A DNA stretch of 64,000 bases from Microcoleus sp. (lineage in GTDB: Bacteria; Cyanobacteriota; Cyanobacteriia; Cyanobacteriales; Microcoleaceae): the NCBI GenBank assembly GCA_052279835.1, contig CP181291.1:128001-192000 (forward strand). The letters are read 5' to 3'. Both the position numbers and the translations under genes were made by a program. Below, piece after piece: positions 1 through 11,662 of this stretch. The stretch's first letter is position 1; every line of letters starts with the position of its first letter. The notes beneath the pieces were generated by a model, which worked only from the letters and a program-made list of their open reading frames with translations, ran no database searches and was not told where the DNA came from.

Positions 1-3000
1 AAAGATATCATTCCCACTACCGCCGATTAAACTATCATTCCCCAAGTCTCCGTAAAGAATATCATCACCTTTTCCGCCTAGGAGAGTATCATTATCTTCC
101 CCTCCGTAAAGAGTATCATTGCCTTCACAGCCTCCGAGAATATCTGCTTGTTCGTTACCCCCGATCAAATCATCGCCAACCCCGCCACAGATGGTATCCG
201 AACCCTCATTCCCAAACAGGGAGTCATTACCTTCACTACCTTGGATGATGTCATCACCTTTACCTCCAAATAAGTTGTCATTACCCTTGCCACCATCAAT
301 AAAGTCATCATTTCGATTCCCATAAACGATGTCATCATCTTCGCTGCCATTAATGGAGTCATTGCCTTTCCCTCCAAAGATTAAATCCTTGCCCAATTCA
401 CCCAGAATGATGTCATTTCCTTCATCTCCAAATAAAATGTCTTCACCACTACCACCGCTGATAAAATCCTTGCCTTTATTGCCATTAAAGATGTCACCGC
501 TGTCGCCACCATATAAGTTATCATCCCCGGATTTGGCATCGAATATATTGCCATTGTTGCTACCTAAAAATTCATCATTTTTGGCAGTCCCTATTTGAAT
601 TGTAGATACACCGAGTATGGTGTTTTCAACTGAATTTGGTTGGTTTAAATTGGGATAGTCAATTTGGTCGCAGATGCAGTCATCATTGGGGATGTTGGTG
701 GGTGTTGGTGTCGGCGTTACCGATGGTGTTGGCGTGGGTACAGGTGCAGTAGTTGGGGTGGGTACAGGTGCAGTAGTTGGGGTGGGTACAGGTGCAGTAG
801 TTGGTGTTGGTACAGGTGCAGGACTTGGTGTTGGTACAGGTGCAGGACTTGGTGTTGGTACAGGTGCAGGACTTGGTGTTGGTACAGGTGCAGGACTTGG
901 TGTTGGTACAGGTGCAGGACTTGGTGTTGGTACAGGTGCAGGACTTGGTGTTGGTACAGGTGCAGGACTTGGTGTTGGTACAGGTGCAGGACTTGGTGTT
1001 GGTACAGGTGCAGGACTTGGTGTTGGTACAGGTGCAGGACTTGGTGTTGGTACAGGTGCAGGACTTGGTGTTGGTACAGGTGCAGTAGTTGGTGTTGGTA
1101 CAGGTGCAGGACTTGGTGTTGGTACAGGTGCAGGACTTGGTGTTGGTACAGGTGCAGGACTTGGTGTTGGTACAGGTGCAGGACTTGGTGTTGGTACAGG
1201 TGCAGGACTTGGTGTTGGTGTGATGTCGTTGTCAGTATTAGTCACTGCGACATCAGCCGGATTAACACCGTTATAATTAGTATCGGTACTGGTAGCGGGA
1301 GCGGTGACAATGTTGTAAGCAACAGTCCCATCTACTACGCTGTCATCTACTCCGGTAGCGGTGACTGTTTGGGGAGTATTCCAGTTAGCAGAAGTGAAAG
1401 TAACAGTTGATTGATCGACAGTACCTTCATCAGTGTTACTGCTAGTTAATGGAATGGTGACATCGGCTGTTGGTTGAGTGTTTAAAACTACTGTAAATGT
1501 AGCCTTACCACCCGCTTCAGTTGTGGTTAATTCGGTGGTTGGGCTGACTGTGATTCCAGCGGTTTCGTTATCACTATTAGTAACTGCAACATCAGCGGCA
1601 TTAACACCACTGTAATTAGTATCGTTACTGGTGGCCGCAGCAGTGACTATGTTGTAGGCAATATTTCCATCAACTAGGGTATCATCTACGCCTGTAACGG
1701 TGACAGTTTGTGCTACATTCCAGTTAGCAGAGGTGAAGGTGACACTGTTTTTATCGACCGTACCTTCAGCAGTGTTACTGCTAGTTAATGGGATGGTGAC
1801 ATTGGCTGTGGGTTGGCTATTTAAAACTACTGTAAATGTAGCCTTACCTCCGGCTTCAGTTGTGGTTAATCCGGTGGTGGGTGTGATGGTGATTCCTTTG
1901 CTATCGTTATCACTATTAGTAACTGCAACATCAGTGGCATTAAAACCACTGTAATTAGTATCGGTACTGGTGGCCGCAGCGGTGACTATGTTGTAGGCAA
2001 TATTCCCATCAACTACGCTATCATCTACTCCCGTTACTGTGACTGTTTGTGCCACATTCCAGTTAGCCGGAGTGAAAGTTAAACTGTTTTTATCGACCGT
2101 ACCTTCAGCAGTGTTACTGCTAGTTAATGGGATAGTGACATTGGCTGTGGGTTGCGTGTTTAACTTGACTGTAAATGTAGCAGTTCCCCCCGCTTCAGTT
2201 GTGGTTAATCCGGTGGTTGGGCTGACTGTGATTCCAGCGGTTTCGTTATCGGTGTTGGTGACAGCTACATCGGCTGGTTTGAGATTTTTGTAGTTGGTAT
2301 CTGTCGTAGTTGTATCAGCCGTCGTCAGAATTTTATAGGCTTGATTTCCGTCAGCAATTGAGTCATCTACTCCGGTAACGGTGACAGTTTGTGCTACATT
2401 CCAGTTAGCAGAGGTGAAGGTGACACTGTTTTTATCGACCGTACCTTCAGCAGTGTTACTGCTAGTTAATGGGATAGTGACATTGGCTGTGGGTTGCGTG
2501 TTTAACTTGACTGTAAATGTAGCAGTTCCCCCCGCTTCAGTTGTGGTTAATCCGGTGGTTGGGCTGACTGTGATTCCAGCGGTTTCGTTATCGGTGTTGG
2601 TGACAGCTACATCGGCTGGTTTGAGATTTTTGTAGTTGGTATCTTTCGTAGTTGTATCAGCCGTCGTCAGAATTTTATAGGCTTGATTTCCGTCAGCAAT
2701 TGAGTCATCTACTCCGGTAACGGTGACTGTTTGTGCCACATTCCAGTTAGCAGAGGTGAAGGTGACACTGTTTTTATCGACCGTACCTTCAGCAGTGTTA
2801 CTGCTAGTTAATTGGATAGTGACATTGGCTGTTGGTTGCGTGTTTAACTTGACTGTAAATGTAGCATTTCCCCCCGTTTCAGTTGTGGTTAATCCGGTGG
2901 TTGGGCTGACTGTGATTCCAGCAGTATCATTGTCTGCGTTGGTGACGGCTACATCGGCTGGTTTGAGATTTTTGTAGTTGGTATCTTTCGTAGTTGTATC

Positions 3001-6000
3001 AGCCGTCGTCAGAATTTTATAGGCTTGATTTCCGTCAGCAATTGAGTCATCTACTCCGGTAACGGTGACTGTTTGTGCTACATTCCAGTTAGCAGAGGTG
3101 AAGGTGACACTGTTTTTATCGACCGTACCTTCAGCAGTGTTACTGCTAGTTAATGGAATGGTGACATTGGCTGTTGGTTGAGTGTTTAAAACTACTGTAA
3201 ATGTAGCCTTACCACCCGCTTCAGTTGTGGCTAATCCGGTGGTTGGGCTGACTGTGATTCCAGCAGTATCATTGTCAGTAATCGTCACACTTTGATTAAT
3301 AGTAGTTCCTAATGCTATTCCTGTTGATGGGTTGCTAATTGTTAAAGTAGCTGTTTCCGCACCTTCGACCAGAAAATCATCATTAACTGTAAGGGTTACT
3401 TGCCCTGTATTACTGCCATTTGGGATAGTTATTTGAGCGGGAATTGTAGTATTAGTAAAATCAGCAGCACTCGCAGTACCAGTTAATGCTAAATTAACTG
3501 TTTGATCGCCGACGACATTACCTTCAGCATTAGCGGTAAAGGTAATAGCTGTTGTCCCGGCTTCACTGGCAGTAGTTGTGCTGGCAGTGAGGTTAACTTT
3601 TGGTACGGGAATGGTGATATTAAAGGTGGCTGTGTTGGAAAGGTCAACACCACCATTGGCTGTACCGCCGTTATCTTGCAGTTGCACAGTTACGGTGGCG
3701 GTACCGGGTTTACCACTGGGAGTGTAGGTCAGCGTGCCATTGGTTGCTACACTTGGTTGAGTAATAAATAAAGTATTGTCGCTGTTGGTAACAATGTATT
3801 TGCTAACTGTTTGAGTTGATTCATCGGTGGGGCCGAAAGTAACACCATTTACCCAAGGACTACTTTGAGTGGCGTTTGTCCATGATGTTAGGATTTGATT
3901 GCCAGCGTTAGTGAAGCTGGGTTTGTCATTGACGGGGTTGACGGTGATGGCTGCGGTGTCGGTGGCAGTGCTGACACCTATGTTGATGGTGCTATTGGAT
4001 GTGCTGCCATTCGTGCCCACTATTTGATCCCAGGCGCGGAAGGTAATGCCGTTGGCGACAGTGCCGTTGTAGTCGGCAGTTGGTTGGAAGTAGATGCGGG
4101 TATTGGCATCGGCGGCGAGTAAGCGAGCGTTAGTATCGGATACTGCGCCCAATGCAGTCCAAGTTGTCCCGCCATCTATGGTGTAAAACCAACTGCCGTT
4201 AGTCGTGTTGGTGGCAGTGATGGCGATACCAGCCAATGGGCCAGTGTCGGGGTCGGTGATGTTTTTACCGATGGCTGCAATAGATGAGATGAGTGTGCCG
4301 ACAGGGCCAGTGGGTGCAACTGCATCTTCTAGGACAGAATTGAGGGTGACGGCGGTATCGGCAAGGACGGGGGCGGTGTTGATAATTGTCCCAATGTAGA
4401 TATCGTTATTATCTGTGGTAGTGCTTGCGTTCTGAGCAGCAGTATTACCGATGGTGCGTAGGAAACCAAGGGCAGTGACCGTGGGAAGAGCCACGGGCAT
4501 TCCCTGAGTGTTACCTTGGGCGGTTTGTGCGGCTTGGGCTGCTGCATCCAATACAAAAATCGCGCCTCCCAGGGCTTTGCCATTATTCGCTCCCGTGCCA
4601 CCTGTCGTGGTGTTGTTGTTGAAGGTATTATTCTGTAGTGTTAAAGTGCCTTCCCTGACAAAAATCGCGCCCCCTAATCCTCCGCCTCCACCACCAGGAA
4701 GAAACGGGGTATAGCCTGTTGTACCGCCGCCGGAGCCACCGCCAAAGCCACCGGCACCAGGGTTGTTAGTGTTAAGACTCACACCGCCGCCACCGCCAAA
4801 GCCACCTTTGCCACCTAAGTTAGCAGCAGCACCGCCGCCGCCACCAAAGCCACCCCAACCACCATTCAAAAAGGCTTGGTCGCCAGCAGAACCGCCACCG
4901 CCACCAAATGCACCGTTGCCTCCGTTGGTATTATTAAAACCGCCGCCACCACCGCCGCCACCAGTACCATCACCGCCAACCGTCCCATTACCGCCAGCGC
5001 CGCCGCTCCCGCCGAAAGCACCGCCAGAACCGCCATTTCCACCGATGTAGGAGATGTTAGAGTTATTGCCGCCGTTGCCGCCAAACCCGCCGCCGCCGTT
5101 GCCGCCAGAAGCACCGCTTACCCCAACTCCGCTGTTACCGCCAAGACCGCCACCGCCGGCTACGAATTGATTATTATTGGCGCTGCTCCCGCCGATCGCC
5201 TGGTTACTGGTAAAAATGACATTATCAATTGTCACATTACCGTTATAGATAAATAACGCGCCACCCATGCCAGCAGCACCGCCGCCGCCACCGCTGTTAG
5301 TCCCGCTGCCATTTCCACCTTGTGCCCTTCCTCCGGTAATGGTCAGGTTGGAGAAGCTAACAGTTCCAGACTTGACAAAGAAGGGACGAACATCACCCGC
5401 ATCATTGGTGCTGTTGTTATTAACATCCCCGCTAACGGTAAAACCGCCACCGATCAAGGCGATATTGCTGTCAATTAGAACTTGGGGAACTCCCGTAAAT
5501 CGGACATTTGTGGTGAGGGTAATAGTGTCATCCCCTGCTGCGGCATTAGCATCTAAAATGGCTTTGCTTAATGTGCCTGCCACAGTGCCAGTGCCATCAT
5601 CAGTTGCCGCTGTGACATTAAAGTTAGCTAATTTATATTCATAATCTTCCATCGCTTCCTGATTAAAGGGTACGGCGGCTTCAATCTTACCCGTTGCTAT
5701 TTCTAAATCCCAGTCGCCACCTAATGCTTGATTTCCGGTTAAGTCGTTAGAGGCGGCGATATCTGCCCCGGTGAGTTCGCTCAATCGTTTGACAAAATTG
5801 TAGCCAGTTTCTCCGGCGGCTACGTCGCATCCATATAATAGGATGTCGCCATTTTCAGTGAGGGCATTTCCCCACTGTTTTAGCTGACTATTGAAATTTT
5901 CTAGGTCATTCCCATTCAGTACATCTGTACCGAGTGTTAAACTGCCTTCGCTACCGTGAGAAAGTATCTGTACAGATTCAATATCTTTTTGATTGGCTAA

Positions 6001-6144
6001 GGTATTAGTAATTTGTTCGATCGCGCTCAAATTTTCATTTTAAATGAAAATTTGAGCGCGATCGATGCCTTCGATCAGGCTTTGATATTTCTGTACTGAG
6101 GCGTCTACGAAGATGATTTGCTTGTTCGCGGTTGGTAAGTTCAT
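1..6144 (-). CDS. Giant surface/secreted protein (>2048 aa, 3' end outside window): DUF4347 N-terminus, Gly-rich region, Ig/Calx-beta-like repeats, Pro/Thr linker, RTX Ca-binding repeats
   Basis: ATG at 6144 gives [17 protein letters not shown]...SHGSEG...LLYGCDVA...[12 protein letters not shown]...GGDWDLE (DUF4347 motifs). The same frame gives PTPSPAPV repeats near 731-1219 and GGxGxDxL nonapeptides at 1-600. Absent from the ORF track because it has no stop in the window; frame spot-checked, not read codon by codon. Confidence 0.9.
731..1219 (-). repeat. ~20 x 24-bp coding tandem repeat (PTPSPAPV / PTPTTAPV)
   Basis: Unit GGTGTTGGTACAGGTGCAGGACTT, with GTAGTT variants. Confidence 0.95.
1230..3283 (-). 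repeat. ~6 tandem ~340-bp domain repeats (Calx-beta/Ig-like)
   Basis: Near-identical blocks recur every 339-342 bp (shadow ORFs at 1700, 2039, 2381, 2723). Confidence 0.85.
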
Positions 6145-6286
6145 GGTTGTTGAAATCCTTGAGATTTATGGTTTACATTTCAGTCCGGCAGGGAATTCAT
6201 TGCCGGCCTCAAAGATCAAGTCCTAGCTATGAGGACTTAAGAGCTGATTAGTCATATCCAAGCAACGGAGAACACCGCACCAGGCC

Positions 6287-6509
6287 TATTGGTATCAACT
6301 TAAAGTCAAACCCAGTCAGAGATTGCTCTTTGACTATTAAATCTAGATCCCCCCCAGCCGAGAGGGCGGGCACGGGGGGACCGCCCCTACAGAAGGGGGG
6401 GACAAGATTCCGATCTTTCGTCCCCCTTCTGTAGGGGGATGCGAGGGGGATCTAGACTTAGGTAAAAACGAGATTTATCAAGAGTTTAAGGCGATTGTTG
6501 ACACCAATG
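6287..6509. mobile_element. MITE-like element with IS4-like ends and palindromic CCCCCTT...AAGGGGG / GTAG-REP cargo
   Basis: Left end TATTGGTATCAACTTAAAG, right end GTTGACACCAATG. The left end continues GTCAAACCCAGTCA as in the 11663 copy. Confidence 0.7.
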
Positions 6510-6613
6510 GGCGGTGCCGTCTCCATACACCAAAATAATGATGTTAGAGGTTTATTTGGCTTTTGCTACAATAGCACGGGCGCGGCTATTTGTTGAATCT
6601 ATCCAAAAAGATA

Positions 6614-6911
6614 AGCCGGGAAATATTTATCGAATTAATTGTACTTTACTTCACCACAGGCGATAGGTGTCGAAGATTACTTCTTTATCCGCTTGCGGGT
6701 GATAATAGGCAGAAAATATACCGATAATCAGCGCCCGTTTTTGTTCATGGGAAATGAACACGGAACACTTGTTGTCTTCGCTTATTGCTTCCAAAATTCG
6801 ATCGACTAAACCCCCAACGGGGCTAGTCATGGCCGCGTGAAACCGGGGATTTTGGCGGAGCAAAGCCGTCAGCAATGTAGAAGCTGAGCGGGGTAGTCCT
6901 GATATGAAGTG
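6614..6911 (-). pseudogene. Sulfotransferase-family fragment
   Basis: HFISGLPRSASTLL...QNPRFHAAMTSPV (PAPS-binding loop region). Continues W*SKVQLIR*IFP through two in-frame stops; the 5' end is replaced by a repeat element. Confidence 0.75.
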
Positions 6912-6929
6912 GGGACAGGAGTCTTTTCT

Positions 6930-7022
6930 TTGGTCCCCCTTAAGAAGGGGGATGCGAGGGGGAGCTGGACTCAGGTAAAAACGAGATTTATCAAGGCTTT
7001 CTGGCGATTGTTGACACCAATG
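6930..7022. mobile_element. Right half of the same MITE family as 6287-6509
   Basis: ...GGTAAAAACGAGATTTATCAAG...GCGATTGTTGACACCAATG matches 6461-6509. Confidence 0.7.
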
Positions 7023-7042
7023 GGCATTGCCCTGTGCTCTGT

Positions 7043-7666
7043 TTATTTTGGTGTAGGGAGACTTCTGAGCCAAATCGGATAACCAGAAGAATCCTCAACT
7101 TTCAACTTTTGCGCTTGATAACTCTTGTTAGTCCAAGTAGCTACTGTTTGCAGACTTTCTGTCAAAAAACTTTCGCTCCCAAAGGCTTCAAAGCCCAAAG
7201 TCCAGGATGGGCTGCCATTAATATTCAATTGAGTAATTTCCACTATGCAGCCTTGAGGTATGGGCGCTTCTACAGGGACAGACATCAGTACGCCTGGGGC
7301 AGAAACTTGGTAAAGACGCTGTGCTCGTTTTTTCTTGACTTTCACCCACTTTCCTGTGGCGATTAAGTCCGCCGGCAATGGGCCCATCGTGTCAGCACAA
7401 ATCCACTTTAGCCACTTCTCGGCTTTTCCTTCCCAACGATTGCCGAACAGCATCGCCCCACTTTCTGCCTGTCGCCACTTTACTTGTAAATTTTTTTGTC
7501 GCAGTTTGACTCCTAAGTAGTCGCAGCCCGGTATCAGTAAATATAAGTCTTCTCGCTCTTCTGGTGGCGACAGATACCCGCCCAGACTTTCGCTTCCAAA
7601 CCATTGACCGATCGCCTTTGGTAACATTCCGTTACAAAACCACCGCATTTCCAGACTGGTCCGCAT
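7043..7666 (-). CDS. Hypothetical protein, possibly CYTH-like
   Basis: 207-aa ORF with N-terminal ExRWF and REDLYL...GVKLR...VKWR pattern. Confidence 0.65.
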   Translation of the reverse strand: MRTSLEMRWFCNGMLPKAIGQWFGSESLGGYLSPPEEREDLYLLIPGCDYLGVKLRQKNLQVKWRQAESGAMLFGNRWEGKAEKWLKWICADTMGPLPADLIATGKWVKVKKKRAQRLYQVSAPGVLMSVPVEAPIPQGCIVEITQLNINGSPSWTLGFEAFGSESFLTESLQTVATWTNKSYQAQKLKVEDSSGYPIWLRSLPTPK

Positions 7667-7846
7667 AATTTTTCCTCTCTTCCCAATTTTTCGTCAAACC
7701 CAGACCGGATTTGCTATATACCTTGGACTCTTTAACCTCGCTGACTCTATCCTCCCCTGTCGGGGGCCGAGAGTCTACTACCCCCTGTTTCGATCGACTA
7801 TTTAAAAAAAACTTTCTCACATTCCTTTACATATCTTCATAAGTCT

Positions 7847-7864
7847 GTTACATTTATTTACAGT
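7847..7864 (+). promoter_or_regulatory. HLR1 (RpaB-binding) direct repeat upstream of the HLIP gene
   Basis: GTTACATT-TA-TTTACAGT fits (G/T)TTACA(T/A)(T/A)-N2-repeat with one mismatch; extra TTTACATA half-site at 7826. Confidence 0.7.
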
Positions 7865-7891
7865 ACGCAAAACCAATTTAGGAAAAAAAAC

Positions 7892-8104
7892 ATGACTAAC
7901 AAAGGCTTAATGCTGGACGACCAAGGTAAACTGAACAATTTTGCGATCGAGCCTACAGTATACGTCGATGACCAACAGCGCACCGGCTTCACCCCCTACG
8001 CCGAACGCTTAAACGGCCGCCTCGCCATGATTGGTTTTGTCTCTCTGTTGGCTTTGGAAGTTTCCACCAAGCATGGATTGATTAGCTGGCTGACCCATCT
8101 GTAA
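7892..8104 (+). CDS. High-light-inducible / CAB-like single-helix protein
   Basis: [18 protein letters not shown] motif (ExxNGRxAMxG). Confidence 0.92.
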   Translation: MTNKGLMLDDQGKLNNFAIEPTVYVDDQQRTGFTPYAERLNGRLAMIGFVSLLALEVSTKHGLISWLTHL

Positions 8105-8247
8105 TGATGCTCTTAAAAATTAAACTGGACGGCTATGGGTTGTATGCGCTAGGCAAACTGCAATCCATAGCTTAACTGTTTTTAGGGGCAAGGTTTGGTG
8201 GGATAATTAAAAACAAATATTTAACTGTCATTCGATCGCAAAAAATA

Positions 8248-8787
8248 ATGATCAAACGAATTGTAACCATACTTCTGGTAGTTTTCAGTCTGACCTTGAC
8301 CAGTTGTGTATCTAACGCCGTCGGACTCAAAAGCCATGTGGATACTGGCGATGGCTATCAATTTCTCTATCCCAATGGCTGGCTGCCAATTGCGGTTTCT
8401 AACGGCCCAGATGTGGTGTTTCGCGATTTGATTCAGCAAACCGAGAATGTTAGCGTAGTCATCAGTCCAATTACCGGAAATAAAACTCTCGCAGATTTGG
8501 GAACACCGTCGGAGGTGGGTTACAAACTCAGCAAAAGTGCCATTGCTCCTGCCGATTCCGGCCGAGAAGCTGAGTTAGTCAATGCTGGATCTCGCGAATC
8601 GCGATCGAAAAACTATTACATTTTAGAATACGCCGTCAAGCTTCCAAACCAACAACGGCATAACTTAGCAAGCGTAGCCATCAGCCGTGGCAAACTATTT
8701 ACACTCAACATTTCCACTACGGAAGAACGTTGGCCGAAGGTTAAAGAAGCTTTCGAGAAAGTAGTTAAATCTTTTTCTGTTTATTAG
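8248..8787 (+). CDS. psbP: Photosystem II PsbP (CyanoP) lipoprotein
   Basis: Lipobox LTSC; DGYQFLYPNGW; ENVSVVISP. Confidence 0.9.
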   Translation: MIKRIVTILLVVFSLTLTSCVSNAVGLKSHVDTGDGYQFLYPNGWLPIAVSNGPDVVFRDLIQQTENVSVVISPITGNKTLADLGTPSEVGYKLSKSAIAPADSGREAELVNAGSRESRSKNYYILEYAVKLPNQQRHNLASVAISRGKLFTLNISTTEERWPKVKEAFEKVVKSFSVY

Positions 8788-8992
8788 TTATTAGTTATTA
8801 GTTATTAGTTATTGGTTCTTGGTTATTGGTTATTGGTGATTAGTTATTAGTTATTCGTCATTAGTTATGGATTCTTGGTTATTAGAGCCAAAAACCAACA
8901 ACTAACAACCAACAACTCACAAATAACCACTCACAAATAACAAATAACAAATAACCACTGACTAATGACCAATGACTACTGACCAATGACTT
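8782..8992. repeat. Inverted heptamer STRR tract (TTATTAG/TTATTGG vs ACAAATA/TGACCAA)
   Basis: Visible 7-mer arrays in opposite orientation. Confidence 0.85.
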
Positions 8993-9000
8993 CTTAACTT

Positions 9001-9648
9001 ATGAAAAAACCAACTTTTGTATTAGCCTCAGCTTCCCCAGCACGCCGCCAACTGCTTAAAAATGCTGGAATTCAAGCTGTAATTTGCCCAAGCGATTTTG
9101 ATGAAGGGCAAATTGAAATGAGGGATGCTGCTAAATTAGTCCAGGTTTTAGCTGAGGGAAAAGCTAATGCTGTAGCTGAGTTTTTGCGGGCTCATTCTCA
9201 TCCCCAAATTCCTCATCCTAATTCCTGTTTGGTGTTAGGATGTGATTCAATTTTGGTGATTGATGGGGAGATTCACGGCAAACCGCAAGATGCCCAAGAG
9301 GCAATTTCCCGTTGGGAGCAAATGCGCGGTAAAGTAGGTGAATTGTATACTGGCCATGCTTTAATTGATAATAGATTTGATGATTTCAATGAGGCAATGG
9401 ATCGATCGATCGTTCGCTGTCAAGTTACAAAAGTTCATTTTGCCGAAGTTACTTCGCGCCAAATTGCTGCTTACGTTGCTACGGGAGAACCTCTCGCCTG
9501 TGCCGGCTGTTTTGCCCTAGAAGGTAAAGGCGGTTTTTTTATAGAAAAAATCGAAGGCTGTCATACCAATGTGATTGGTTTGAGTTTGCCTTTGCTGCGA
9601 CAAATGCTCCGGGAATTGGGATACGATGTGGCGGATTTTTGGTCTTAA
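9001..9648 (+). CDS. maf: Maf-family nucleotide pyrophosphatase
   Basis: [26 protein letters not shown]. Confidence 0.92.
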   Translation: MKKPTFVLASASPARRQLLKNAGIQAVICPSDFDEGQIEMRDAAKLVQVLAEGKANAVAEFLRAHSHPQIPHPNSCLVLGCDSILVIDGEIHGKPQDAQEAISRWEQMRGKVGELYTGHALIDNRFDDFNEAMDRSIVRCQVTKVHFAEVTSRQIAAYVATGEPLACAGCFALEGKGGFFIEKIEGCHTNVIGLSLPLLRQMLRELGYDVADFWS

Positions 9649-9721
9649 AATCAAGAGGCACGAACAGAGGGAAATGGTTTTTAGTGAGGAATTTAGTCGG
9701 GAGATAGGACTAAACTCCTCA

Positions 9722-10207
9722 CTACAAATCTGTTGCAATGGGCAATCCAAACACCTGTTCCATCATTTGGGGTTGTCGGGTAAATTCCAGATACTGAACA
9801 ACAAATTCAGGGGTAAGCAACTCCAGGAGAAATTGATTTTCTACCCACAGTTCAATCAGCCTGAAAGCTTTGCGATCGCAGACAACCATTCGCCAGCCCT
9901 CACGCTTAGCAATATGTCGGATTTGTGCCTCATTCGTGGGAACCGAAATAGCGACATGGATGGCTCCAAAACTGGGTGGGGTTACTTGATGAAGGATTTG
10001 ACAAGGTTCATCTTCAATCCCTGGCAGCAGTTGAGTCCCCCAGGGATGAAATTCAATTCCAGAGCCATATTTATCTGTATCAGAAGCGGTTACTAAATAG
10101 CTGCCAGGATTGGGGTAAAACTCAAAGACTTTACCCTGCCAAATTTCTGCCAGCACCTGGGCAACTTGGAATGGGTTTTGAACGGCCACTGACATATGGT
10201 GAAGCAT
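9722..10207 (-). CDS. VOC/glyoxalase-like hypothetical protein
   Basis: HHMSVAV...IEFHP...HVAISV...IELWVEN paired His/Glu pattern. Confidence 0.65.
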   Translation of the reverse strand: MLHHMSVAVQNPFQVAQVLAEIWQGKVFEFYPNPGSYLVTASDTDKYGSGIEFHPWGTQLLPGIEDEPCQILHQVTPPSFGAIHVAISVPTNEAQIRHIAKREGWRMVVCDRKAFRLIELWVENQFLLELLTPEFVVQYLEFTRQPQMMEQVFGLPIATDL

Positions 10208-10385
10208 AATCTTAACCTCAATGAATGTAGAAGAAATCGCGATCGAGGACGTGAATATTCAGTACATTTAGGTATCTCAATCTTCCGTCCTGTCTATGTG
10301 CTATCATCGGGGACATCTTTCCCCCACGGCATCCTGGGAAACCAACGATCTTCAGGGGGAAATTTTGTCGTTCTACGCGATCGCT

Positions 10386-11504
10386 ATGGCTCGACTTTCC
10401 AAAGTACAGGAGCAAGCCCGAAATCAGATTTTGCAATTGGAATCACTGAATCTGCTGCCAGAAACCGCCGCTGTCAGAATTTTGGCCGCATTACAGTTGG
10501 CGATACCTGCTGATGAAGTGGCGTTATTTGGGGTCGATCCGAGTAGTCTGTTATTCAACCGCATTCTGGCGTCGATCGGTGGCTTAGAGGTATGGATGAA
10601 ATGGTTGCACTTGGTTTATCTCGCCCAAGAACCTTTCTATGGACTGACATTCCCAGGATTAATGCAAAGCAACCTGACGGCGGTAGCGATTCATGACTTC
10701 CTTGACACTTGTTTGGGAATTCCGACTCAAACCCTGGATAAAGCAATAGCTGTTTTGGCACCGAAAGACTGGCATCATATCTATCACGACATTGAAACGC
10801 CTGCGAGTGGCATTCTCCGAGTTTGTTTTGCAGCCAAGGGGCGATGGATTGCTGCGCTAGAGTTGGGGAGAAAAGACTCAAAACGATGCTACCGTCCATC
10901 GGATGTAGGCTTTATGCAGTTACTGACTCCGCCGATCGGGCGTGTTCTTCAGGCTGCGTTTGAGCGAGAACGCGCCATGCAATCTGCATCGTTGGCTACA
11001 GATGCCAGTGGCATTCTGGTGCTCGGAAGCAAGCTACAGGAGCAGTTTTGCAATCCGGCAGCAGAGTTGTGGATGAAGCAGCTTCGGGATGATGATGTCC
11101 AACGGGAAGGTAAGTTGCCAACAGCAGTATGGGCAGCGATCGCCCGTCTCAATGCCAAATTAGAAACCCAGGAACCGCTGTATGTGTGGACAGCCGCAGG
11201 CAATTTACGCATTGAAGCCTCCCGTTCCGATCGAGATGATTCAATTGCAATTGTATTTGCACCAGAACGTCCGCTGATTCCCGTTGAATTACCCATTCAT
11301 TGGCAACTCACACATCAGGAAAGACAGGTAGTTCTATTGTTAGTGCGAGGATTGAGTAATGCTCAGATTGCTGCGACACTAATAGTTAGCGAGAATACGA
11401 TCGAGTCTCATCTATCGCACATTTACCAGAAGCTTTATGTGCATAATCGGAGAGAGCTTTTAGCTTCTTTGTTCCACGAGGTTTATCAGCCACAAATCTG
11501 TTAA
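10386..11504 (+). CDS. LuxR-family regulator with N-terminal GAF-like sensor region
   Basis: C-terminal LTHQERQVVLLLVRGLSNAQIAATLIVSENTIESHLSHIYQKL. Start placed at the second ATG (ORF track starts at 10296). Confidence 0.85.
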   Translation: MARLSKVQEQARNQILQLESLNLLPETAAVRILAALQLAIPADEVALFGVDPSSLLFNRILASIGGLEVWMKWLHLVYLAQEPFYGLTFPGLMQSNLTAVAIHDFLDTCLGIPTQTLDKAIAVLAPKDWHHIYHDIETPASGILRVCFAAKGRWIAALELGRKDSKRCYRPSDVGFMQLLTPPIGRVLQAAFERERAMQSASLATDASGILVLGSKLQEQFCNPAAELWMKQLRDDDVQREGKLPTAVWAAIARLNAKLETQEPLYVWTAAGNLRIEASRSDRDDSIAIVFAPERPLIPVELPIHWQLTHQERQVVLLLVRGLSNAQIAATLIVSENTIESHLSHIYQKLYVHNRRELLASLFHEVYQPQIC

Positions 11505-11586
11505 TTTTTTAACTTATCCGATATTTGTTTCTAACATTATAACTTGGTCTTTTTGCGATATTTTTATAATGTTAATTTCAGAATTT

Positions 11587-11637
11587 TGGAGGCAGAGCAA
11601 GAAAGAAATGCGTTCCCAGGCAGAGCCTAGGAACGAG
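11587..11637. repeat. Dispersed palindromic repeat (GCGTTCCCAGGCAGAGCCTAGGAACGAG family)
   Basis: Same family as 45901-46119. Confidence 0.7.
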
Positions 11638-11662
11638 GAAATTGTAGGGACACGGCACTGCC

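Noticed and set aside
664..1410. Cys/Trp-rich (WCWYRCRT)n and (GVGTGAGL)n ORFs on the + strand
   Set aside because: Antisense shadows of the PTPSPAPV repeat in the giant minus-strand gene.
4508..5644. Pro-rich + strand ORFs
   Set aside because: Antisense of Gly-rich codons in the giant gene.
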